A stretch of DNA of 64,000 nucleotides from Raillietiella orientalis (Eukaryota), in contig JAYWIR010000017.1 in the NCBI GenBank assembly GCA_036172245.1, positions 2,108,001-2,172,000 on the forward strand. Direction: 5' to 3'. A program made the translations under genes and the position numbers. Every line of letters begins with the position of its first letter. Position 1 is the first letter of the stretch. Below the pieces are notes generated by a model, which saw only the letters and a list, made by a program, of their open reading frames with translations, searched no databases and was not told the DNA's origin. Below, piece after piece: positions 12,280 to 23,900 of the stretch.

Positions 12280-13273
12280 CATTGCGTGCACCTTTCCCCA
12301 TTGTGTCCGGCGGAAGATGTGTTGCAGGATCAGGACAAGTGGACTCGCCTGGCCGCCACACCCCTCGCTGCAGCGCTGTCTGCCCTAAGGGCAAGAGATG
12401 ACAGTTGCCTACCGGCGGGGTGGGAGGTCGGCTGCACGATCGCAGGAGCAACCCGACCCATGGGCGGCTGGAGGACTAGGGAGCTGGCAGACACCGCCAT
12501 GCCTCGCAACATCCCGAAGGAACTCCTTCGGTGGAGCGAAGTGAGCCCTTCTTGAGTGTGCCCCCCGAAGAAATTGTGGTCACTTCCGCGTGCGTGAACA
12601 TTTCTGCGTTCCCCCTTCCAAGGAAGCAGGACGTGCTCTTGCTGGTGCAATGAGGCTTCCATTGCAACCAGCGTAACAACATTGTTTTCGGGGGGTTGTA
12701 GAAGATGCGGAGCAGCGGAAACGCCCCCGCATCTGCTTTCCGACTGCAGTGCCCTCCAAGGACTGTGGCGGAGGCTGGCTTCAGCTCTCCTGCACCTGGG
12801 GGACACCGCAAAGATTTTGCTGCGCCGCTTCTTCACTCCAGGCGGCCTGTCGTTGGGTGCGGTTGTCGCAACGACCTGTTGCATCCGCACCATCGATACG
12901 GCCTACCTCCAGCTGGAGGGGCAGACGATTTTTCGAGAGGTCACCGGTTTAGCCGACGACAGCATGGAGACGGCTGCCAAGTGGTCGTATCTTCCAGAAG
13001 TAAGAAAGGAGATCTCCGGCATCCAACCCCAGTTCTGAAAAAAAGGAATGGCCGAAGGAATGCCAGACTGTTATCAACTTCCCCCCCTCCTCATATTTTT
13101 ATTTATATTTTTTTTATATATGTATTTGTGGTCCCCTCCCTCCCGTTCCGGACTTTTGGTTTTACTGACCTCTGTGTCGGGGAGCCCTCCCTTCGATCTT
13201 CTGTACCTTTTGTCTGGAAACTTTGTTCCCAGATAGTTTAGAGATAAAGGCCCCGGCGCACCCGGGTGAAAAA
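12280..13273 (+). mobile_element. 5'-truncated L1/Tx1-like 3' end (zf-RVT, ORF2 stop, 3' UTR, terminal hairpin)
   Basis: CRRCGAAETPPHLLSDC...SMETAAKWSYLPEVRKEISGIQPQF* (stop at 13038), then a T-rich UTR ending GATAAAGGCCCCGGCGCACCCGGGTGAAAAA. Confidence 0.88.
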
Positions 13274-14904
13274 CAGTTTCCAACTGTAAGGTTGAGAATT
13301 CTCTTGCACCACTTCGAGAGTCACTAAGCTCCAAGACGAGCAAACTAGTGTACTCCACTCCATGGCTTGGGGAGAAGAGACTATTTTGTTGAAGCGACTA
13401 TTTTCAGAGCATGTCCCTGAACAACTTGCGATGCCTCCTCTTTTAGTGAACAGTTTGGTGCTAACTCTTCAGGGGAGGTAGGTGGTGATATACACCTACA
13501 CCTCGTTCCCGGGGGAACTACATTCTAGAACTGTTCCAAGTGCAAGAGGATCGAATCGTTTTGACATGTGTTGATGGATCTCCAGGAATAGTGAGTGGCA
13601 GACACCAGTAGCAGCTTTGTCACATTCGCAAAGCAGCTACAAAAAATTACTGAGGCGGCAATTCAGCGCACAAGTTGGAGTTTCTGTAAAAGCTTTGACA
13701 ACGACGATATTTTGCATCCTCTCGATCGTGAATGCCCACCATTTGTTAAACTGTCGAAAGCAGAGACGAGAGGTGACAATCATCTTCATGAAGGCTGCTG
13801 CTATGTGGTGAATATCTAAGTAAATATTAAATATTCGTAAAATTCTGAATGTTTTGGCTTCAGTGACAACTGTTGGAAGACAGTTCTTGCCAAGTACTCT
13901 TTCGATGCAACTTTTAACAACTTTCTGTTGGTACATGGGATTGGCTTTTCCCAAGCATGCCTTCCCTGGTGAAGTCATAAATGTACATCTATCGATACGA
14001 GAACGCGCTTAAAGCTTGGGTACACAGCAAAACTGCCAGCACTAGCGATGGGGGATTCTTTCCATGAATTCGTAATGCGCAGGTTCTATAGGCCAGCAAT
14101 GACGTCCATTGATCTTGTAGAAGATTAGCAGCAATCAAAGGAAAAAATTAAACGAAAAGTGCAAAAGAAAAAGCATGGATGCTTAAGCGTAACTCTTTCA
14201 AAATAAGGTGTCACACAAAATTTCGATCGAGATCTGTTTAGCATCAAGGAGGCATTAATAAAATCGAGAAACAAAAAGTAGAAACGCATTATGCACTTGA
14301 AATCGCTCCTTGCTTGAGAAAACGAAGGGGACGCGACTTTCAATTAGCAGTTCGGCAAGTGATCCTTAGTTTTCATCGCATGCTGCGAATGTCATTTAGT
14401 TGTGTTCATGGAGCACCACAAGGAAAATGATGCCAAACAGTGCTCAGGAAACCATAACGAAGGACAGTATCTTCAGTGAACACGATTTATTGCAAATCCA
14501 CCTGTAGCTGAATAGAACGCATGAAACATCAAATGCATGGTTTTCATATGTGGAGACAGTCAGGAAAACTCGAAGTAAAGAAATGACTGGCAGATACGTT
14601 ATCTTGTGAAAGGATCACTTTATTTCCAGATGCATTTTATATTCGTCTTCAGAAGGCACAGCAACTGAGGAAGCTCCTGGAATAGAATCAATAAATTTTC
14701 GAGACTTCGGATTGCAACTTTCGCTGGCATCTTCCACTGTTCCGAACTTTTGGAGAAATTTGCACGCGCGATTTCAGTTTTTGTCCTAGTCATCCATAAT
14801 ATGCCTGCTTATCCGAATGGTTTTCTGGAAATCGAGTATCTAGAAGCTCGACGTGAAAAACACAAAACCGTTCGTCAAAATGGCAATCTAGGAAACCTCC
14901 GCGC

Positions 14905-14978
14905 TTAGGAGGCATCGAGTGCAAGTCTCATGCATCTGTGTATACGTCGAAGCAGTTTCTCATTTCTTCGAAGCTCTT
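14905..14978 (-). CDS. Candidate terminal exon, short basic cytoplasmic tail
   Basis: TTCTAG acceptor with phase-1 entry gives EELRRNEKLLRRIHRCMRLALDAS*. AATAAA occurs on the minus strand at ~14620 and ~14486-14491. Confidence 0.5.
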
Positions 14979-17900
14979 CTAGAAGTAGCACGCAAGCAGA
15001 ATTCAAGAATACTGATATATTATTCGTATACTGCTTTTCCGCACTAAAACGCACATTGAAACGAGTCAGGCTGCGTTTCGGCTTCGATCTAGGGATCCAT
15101 AAAGAAAGCAAATACTCAGGCACAAATATAAAATGATTTCATATTGAACACCAAATATTATTACAGTAATAGAGCGCTAACAGCTAATATAGTTGCATGT
15201 TTGCTGTTAAAACTGCTTCGAGTATGTCTTGCATTTCTCCGAAAGCACGTCTCATTTCAGTGAAAAAGGTGCTAAAATGGAAGCAAAGAAAAACCAAACT
15301 AACCTCTGATAATGTTGCACCACAGAACGCCTGTCGCCAACATAATTAAAACAAGTGCAAAGAGAATAAGGATTATCATCGTAAATGTATCCAAACCTAA
15401 AAATGAGAAGGTCTTCAGAGATAAGTTTCCAAGATAAGCTGCCGAAGTATTCTGAAAGGTCATGTAAAGCACGGTTTCTCAGTGATCCATATTGGATATG
15501 CAAGAAATTTCGAGGAATTCGGGATTATTTTAGATTGTTCGACTTACTCCATTTTCTTCTTTCGCATAACGACCCGTAGTATTCCTTAGGACAAGTACAG
15601 TTTACTTGACTTTTGAATTTCACCTCACACTTGCCACCATTCATACATGGACATCCTAAAGCAAAAAAAAAAAAGTAATCTTTCGGAGTTGTGGAACAGT
15701 CAGAGCTCTCCACATTAGCGATTTTTTTTTTGTGAAACTTATGATCTGTGATTTTTGCATCCATTCACACTTTCAACAAGCGATATGTGGAAAGAGTTTC
15801 CATTTGCAAGTTGGATCAGTCTTTTTCTTTATTCATCCTCAAGAAACCTGCAGTCAAAAGGCGTCCAGGATTTTTCTTTTGTGTTCGTTGTTATGGATGC
15901 AAACACAGACACTTAGTTCTGCCATAGTGAAACTTACTGCACACAAAGAATCCTGTACTTTCATCCTTCAAGCAATAGTGCTGGCATTCTGATGTTTTAC
16001 CACATCCACAGCCATCCGGAAGAGGTTCTCGATGACACTGAACTAAGAAGAGGTTTATCGTTTAATAGGTGAAAGCAATCTACCGGGGAAATTATTACCG
16101 CACTTTCTGAAACCTGTTGCAAACGTCACTAAACAGGAACGACTAACACACTGATCGTTCGTCATGCAAGCACACCTATCAGGACGATGTAATCCCAAGC
16201 ATAAACCTAACATCGGTGAGCAACCAATCAAAATTATAAAACTTTCTTTTTTTCAAAAGCATTGCTAAAACTGTGCTCTTAAGAAAGCTTGAGTTTACTG
16301 AGATAATGAAGCCTGAAGAATGGGCGTCTATGAATTTTACCGAAACAGTGAATTTGATCAAAATGTGCTTCAACTCTTTGATTGCTCACAAATTTTAACT
16401 ACATCATTTATCACTTTATAATGAATGGAGAAGGGCTTAATTTTCGATGCGTTTACCTCTAGGAAGACTAATATAGACTGCATACGCCCTTTTCAGAAAT
16501 AGAAGCAAAGTGCATCCACTATTGTTCAATTATACGCATAATGAAAGACAGAATCGAGATCTCCCTCAAACGGCTTCGTGTATAAGTGGCGAAGTTTTGA
16601 AAGATATGAGAATGATAGCGATCAATAAGACTCAATAGGGAATTTGAATTCCGTTAGATCCACAAACAGAGCTTTACTTTGAAATGATTCCTCTTGAAAA
16701 TGTCGAGTCCGAAAAAGCTAAATGCAAACGTACTTACTCGGATCACATAGTCCTTTGATGCAGTGATGAAAACAATCCCCATCCTCATCACAAGGGCATC
16801 CTGTGGGCTTCGGGATAACAGTGCAGTCCTCTGCAAGTTGTCTTTTGTCTCAATTCTCATAGCTTTAGGTTAACAATTTTACAAGTATGAGTTCTCCGAA
16901 TTGCTTATCTAGAGTAGTGGATTTGCAAAACCACTGCTTTGTACTTCTCTCGTGTTATTCGAGCTGTAGTTCGAAGCTTGCATTTATATACAAAACTCAA
17001 CTCGTGGTTGCAAAATTTTATTCGAAAAGTATCGTCGTATGCACATAATATAGTCAAGGCAAATGATAGCATAGCGAACCGAAGGTCTACACTTCGTATT
17101 TTGAATACCTTGCTTTAATTGAGGGTTCTCTCTACAATCTAGCTTGGGTGTTCCGAATTCCCAAATTCAAGTTCCCCAATTCCGAATTCTTCACGTTCGT
17201 GAAGTACAAGCTGGAAATTCTACAAACAGTGCTGCAATAACAAAACGAGAGACGCAGATTGGCAAAACAAATTGTTTGCACAGCTCACAACGATATGTGA
17301 ATTGCAAAAAACTCCAGAACGGAAGATACTTGTGACTAGGAGCAGACCATCATCAAATCACTGCACTCTGCTGAATTAGAACTTGATCCATATTCACGAT
17401 TGGCACTTTCGCAGTTTTTCCATCTGAATTATCAGGATCGCTCTAATTACTGACTGTCAAACTGAACCTCCAAGAAAGCGAAAAAGAAGCACAATTCTCC
17501 TTTAAATTAGAGAAAGATCCAAGCAAGCTGGTAGAAGCCGTGTCCAAGCACAATGAAGAAGCAATCGGAATGAACCATAATCTAGTCATTTTTATGAGTT
17601 TAGTAATGATCGCTAATTCTGCTAAAAAAATGCTAGTCACAATGAAAGTCACAAGGCACGAGATCTCAATTTCAGTCTCGAATTGTAAACGTAATTCATC
17701 ATTGAGAGCTCCTACTGAAATAACGAACGGTTTCCTTATTGTCTAAGTGTCTTCGAAAAATGAAGGAAGAGAAGTCTTCCTTCATTTGTAGAAACGAGAA
17801 AAAGAAAAAGCAATTTCGCTGCAGCGATGCGCCGACAAGAATAACTCTGCAAAATATCTGTTTCCGTTTGATCTTCGTTGACCTAGTTTGTTGAGGTCAA

Positions 17901-20900
17901 AGGATCTCACCGCAAGTTCCCGTTTTCTCGTTACATTTCATCCATCTCAGACACTGGAAGTCATTCGAGCATGGGCATCCTTCCGCTAGGAATCCAGACA
18001 AAGACTTCCCGATTGCAAAGCAATACTCTGAAATATGCAATCATACGCTTTCCTGTGAAAACTCAAGTTTTGGGGAGCGACAGATCATTGCTTTTCTTAG
18101 TGGACTGTTGAAAACAACAAATGGATATGCACCCTACCTGCACAACTCAAGCCTTTCGCAGACTCACTTGGAACACATTTTCCGGAGAAGCATTGATCCG
18201 GTGTCGTGCAAGGGCAGCCACTCGGCCGCCACTTGCGTTTGGAACATCCGGAGTCTGCAATTAGTTATCGAAGGATGTTTAATTACACTCACAAAGTTGG
18301 AATGAAAAACATGCACCCAAACGCCACTTTAAATATACATGTGTTTTCGAATGCATACCAATGTGAAAACTGGCTCAGAAAGATTCTTAGAGGAATGCAA
18401 GCAGCAACTATGTTTCCGGAAATGCATCTAAAGCTTGTTTCCTTTCAGATCGTAGATCCACGCATTAATTTTCGGATATAAAAGAAGTCGAAACAGAATT
18501 TGAAGAATCGCAGGAGCAACATAAGCCCAGAATCTCTCACAATACCTGTGCAGCGGCGTCTTCTGCAATGGTCTTGGCAATGCGCATTGGAGGAACATGG
18601 GCACCCAGGAAGTCGGGGAGCAACATCGCAATTCACTGGAATTATTGGGGAAAAGTTGGCGAAAACAATCAAGTGACTCTTTTATGTTTGCAGAAGAGAA
18701 AACTGAGAAAAAAATGTACCACATATTTTCTTCCAGAGTTTTCGCCCGCATACGTTGTGTTTACAGTCTTTGGGAGAACTGCATTTACAAAAAGGAGGTT
18801 TCATAGGCACACTACATTTTGGATCTGCAACATCGCATATGAATTATATTGTCAGCCATGATCGCAAAATCGTTGCTTCTCCCCATTTGGTTAAGTGAGA
18901 CGAAATCAAGAGAATCGTGAGTTGCAAGAAACAAAATTTATCTACGGCATGGGAAACTATACACAGAAAGAGACAATTCTTGGAATTTAAAAGAGAAAAA
19001 AGAGGTATCAAAATGGGAAACATTCATATCAACACGATGAGAAATCTATGAAAGTAGCAGAGCTGATAGAAACTTAAGTAGAGAGTAGTAAGGAGTGATT
19101 CACGCGAAAATTTTTTAGTCTTCCAGAGACTTCTGACAGTTGTTCTGTGCATCTGAATACTGTAGCTGCATCGCAGACATAGTCGAACTACTCACAACAT
19201 GTTCCGAATACTGATTTTGGTAATAGTTTCACACAAGAATCGGAAGCACACTCTGCACTTGATATACAGGCGCAACCAGCTTCTTTTCTGCTGGAACAGT
19301 TGGCTAAGATACAAAATGAGAAATAATTTTCTGTGGTAAACACATGGATCACATTTCCAAGATTTTTTGCTGCCTTCATATCAGCGTGTACCTTTACCCC
19401 CGCAACTCAGAAACCCTGTTTCTCTGTTTCCTTCGCAGATGTTGAAGCATTCTTCTGGAGAGGAACATGCACACCCATCCGGATAAGGTGGGAGACAACC
19501 TATAGAGTTCTGTAATCGCTCAGCTCGAACGAAATAAATTCTACCGCATGCTGTCCCGCTGCAAAACTTTTCTTCACATTCGTCGTGATGCGTGCAAGGA
19601 CATCCAGGAGGTTTTGCTTGCTGCTCACAAATTCCTAAACAAGACGTGATTTCGGATTTCCGAACAAAGTGGGAAAAAGGAAATGTAAATTCAAAACATA
19701 GAATGTACATAAGTTAGCACAACCTCCATCGCAAAGGTATCCTTTTGCATGGATTATGCAAGCAGAGCACCCAGGATTACAAGGACAACCACCACCTCGG
19801 GGACATGCTAAACACATCAGCTTTTGAGAATACAGAAAGATTCATTCAGTACCGGTGCATTTCTTGAGGTCATCGAAAACTGCAAGGCAATCTTTGTCTC
19901 CACAATCTTTCGAGGTGTCGCAGGGACAGCCCTCAGTGTTTCCATGTAAGCATTCCTTCTGAAACGCTGAATATACGCTTTCTGAAGTAGTTGATCACGA
20001 GGAATAAACCTTCCATACCACACGTCCCGTTTAAACATAATGACTTTAGACAGTGACTGGGATGTGCACACCTACACGTGGGCGGTTTCACTGCCATCAT
20101 TGTACACGAGTCTGATTTAAAAGGTAGTATGAATCGAAAGTCCTGACGGTGTACTGACTGTCATCCAGAGAGCAAAAGCTCTCGATGCATCGCAAACCCA
20201 GGCAAGAATCAGGTTTATCGCATGGACAGAAGGGACTGAAAGGTGATTTCTTGCAGTCTCCTACAAACAGAGTTTGAGCGTAGTGTCTTATAGAAATTGA
20301 GTATGTAAAAGAAATACGAAGCTGAAAGATTTCATTAGTTTCTATTGAAAAGTGCTCACGACACTAGAATGGTTTGGGATCAAAATGGAACAAAAGATTT
20401 TAAATGCAGATTACTTCTTACCGCAGTAACTAAGTCCCTTAAGAGTTACACATGTATGTTTACACCATTTTTCTTTGTCGTAGCACGAACATCCTGGAGC
20501 TCCAGTGAATTTGCAGAGCGTGTCTAAAAGACATAATTCGAGGATCTGATTTTCTCTGCGTGAAAACGCGTGTGCTCTTCAGGTTCGAAAGATTGCAATA
20601 GCAAGCGTGAATCCAGCACTTTGCGCGCTTCAAATTCATGACTTAAGAAGGCATGTGGTTTACAAACTGTTCAATGAATGCATTTGCTCAAGAACGCTTG
20701 CTTTTTATCGTTGTTGAAAGCGAGTGGAATCAAATTCGCTCTCTCTTACCTGGAGTGCACTTCAGTTCGCTCAGATTGCATACTCCTTCACACTGCCGAG
20801 AGTTGCTGCAATAGCAACCAGGGATGAATGCGTATTTGCATGTTTCTAAATCTCGTGTAAACAACATGAAGAGAACAAAAGAAACTAACGGCAGTAACAA

Positions 20901-23900
20901 CTGCTGCAAATGCTTCCTTCGAGACAGTCTCTATCCTCCCTGCAGTTGCATCGTGACTTGCCACACTTTTTGGAAGCAGTAACTGTAAGGGAGATTTTTT
21001 TATTCAGAAACAAACAAGAGAAATCATTGTCAGTTTCCGCAATAGCTATGAATTTTGCACATTTTCCATGTTTAATGCAAAGAGCATGCATGCAGTTTGG
21101 ACTTTTCAGAGTCATCTTATCAGATCATTAGCTTTCCGCATATCATCATCGAAACAGTGAGCATTTGTTCATGTTTCTAACAAGAAGTCCGACTGAACAG
21201 GAGAAAACCCAAGAACGGATTACGAGGTTGCAGAAAACAAATTGTTAGGAAAAGCGTTGCCCTCAAAAAATTCTAATCACTTACCACATTTCGCTTTGTA
21301 GCATACTCCACAAGCACATTGAGAGTGCTCAGAACAGTAACATTCTGGGGGAAATGGAGGATTTGGTGGGCATACCGAGAGACCTAGAATATAATATCTT
21401 TTGTCATGCTTTCACACCCTAGCTCTAACAAGAAACGAGTGCTTCGTTAAAAAACACCAGTCCGCAGTGATGGGTGGAAGTTGGTGTGTTACTTGCTGTA
21501 ACGTTTGCCTTTCCATATCTAGCGTTGATGAGTGCTTGAATTCTTCAAATTTCATTTATGATATATAAACATTTTGTTTGTTATATTTCTAAAGTTGTTT
21601 CACAGACAAAGAAGAATATCCGCTTCTTTGTGCTTGCTAATACTCAAACGAAGGAAACGAATTGTTGGATAGAGCGTTGCTTTGAGATCAGTTCACGTGT
21701 TAGGATCGTCAGCGTGCATGACGTCTTACATTTACAAGCAAAAACTCTTTAATAATGAATTAAATTACTGGACTTGAAATAGTTTGTGGTCACATGGAAG
21801 ATGAAAATCATTGGTATCATCAAGAATAATCTTCGAGTACTCACTGCATATTCCTTCTAAGCATCTCAAGGATTTCTCACAGTCCTCATGCCTTTCGCAT
21901 TGGCAATATTTGTTGCGATTTCTTCCGCGGCAAACGTCTAAGGATATTTTTTTTATTCGAAAGACAAATGTTTAAGGCGGTATTAGAAGGATGAAAGAAC
22001 CGAATGGATGAATTGAAAGATTAAAAAAAAATTCTACCACAAATTTCATTGATACATGTTCCACTTGCACATTGGAAACTGGATTTGCAAGAACAGTATG
22101 GGAATGATGGGTTGATGGTACAGGCATCATCTTCACAGTGGAATTCGATAACTCAGTTTATGCCTCTAATGAATGCTTACCGCAAACCCCGCTGAAGTCA
22201 TCGTAGTATCTGCAAATCAGTTTCCCCACGCAGCTTGAGGGAACTGAGCATGGACAGTATCTTGGTGCAGGGTACACACACTTTGCTAAATGGAGAACTC
22301 GTTTATTTGATTCTTCTGATCAGCATGTAGAATACCACAAGAGCAGTCTACGTCACACCGATTGGGATGAGGACAGAGGCATGTGCTCCCCGTTGATTTG
22401 CATGCAGCAGATGGTACTTGCAAAACAATAATTACAATCAAATGCAAATCAAGAAAAAACGATTTTTCCTAAATGATTACCGTAAGAGAATTACGAAAAA
22501 GGGTTTGTCATAGTTTGGAAACGAAAAGTCCACGCCAATTCAGATATTAGTAAATACACATTAATAATTTGAATACATATTAAATTAATTAATAATAAGG
22601 GGAAGATTTGAGGAATACAGAGTGGGAAAAAAATGCTGAAGGCATTTCTGAAACATGAGTGATTGTGAAAGATTCAAAGGTGCACAAAATCGGTGCCTAG
22701 AAACATGGCGATGATGTGAAAGACCCCGACGTCAGCAAGCCGTATCAAAATAAAAAATCCGAGCTGTTGAGACTACGTGTAATCAGCTTGTCTGAAATCA
22801 TGAATCAATTTTTGCAGGTGGACTGTTGAAATTACTGCATATATGCAGTGAGCTATATGAAATGAGCAGAATCCGTATTGGTCTCATTATGGTCTCAGTT
22901 TATCGAATTTCTATTTTCCAAGCCTAAAGTTTATTTGCAAATTACAAATTGAATCTGAAAGTTCGTAACCAAAGGATACTTACCACATATTCCTTTCGTA
23001 ATAGTCCTTACACAGGAATAACTTGCGGGACATGACTTTCCTGCTTCCAGAAACTTCCCGGAGGAGCAGTAGTTAACTGGAAAGAACAGAGCATCGTTTT
23101 CAATTCCGATTATTCGCTTGTATGGCCGAAAATTCTTCCGAAACAAAATTACAGGGCATGAGAGCAATGCGGGATGTGTACTTGAAGGAAAAAAGTATTT
23201 GCATACAACGGTCCAAGCAAACCGTTGTATGCAACGGTCCAAGCAAACTGAGATACTTTATCAATCACTGAACGAACTGCAGTTTACTGTTCGTCGGAAG
23301 TATACTTCATTCTTACAATCACAATAGTCGTCCCAAGGGTTCTCAGAGATTTCTCGAAATAACAAGTTACTAGCATTGCAGATTCATTCGTAACAACCCA
23401 GTAACTGTAAGGTGGTCCTTTTTAATGCAGATATTTATGTAGAAAAAAATCAAATTTTGAGAACAGTAATCTTACTGCAAGTTGCTGCTATTGCATCACA
23501 TCTTCCCTGACAATCATCAGGAACAGCACATGCACAGTTTGTTTCTCCTATTTCATTCGGGCAGGGAGCTATCACACAATTGAAATTAAAATGTGATTTA
23601 CAACACATTGCATCCTTTGATACATTCAAAGCTTACATTCAAACACTCATAAGCAAAAGTACTGCTTTTTTCACACTAAAAGCAAACAGTCAATATTTTG
23701 CATTTATCTAGAAACCTGTGGAATGCAATTTCTTTTTCATACTCAGTCACCAGTATATTATTACAAATTCCTTGAAACGATTTTCCCTTTCCGATGTGAA
23801 TTTCCGATTCCTACATTTACGACGCATTATTTATTGTCTCATTTACTGAAAGATGAAGTGTTTTGAAAGCAGTGTGTTTGCGCAATTCATTCGTCAAGTT

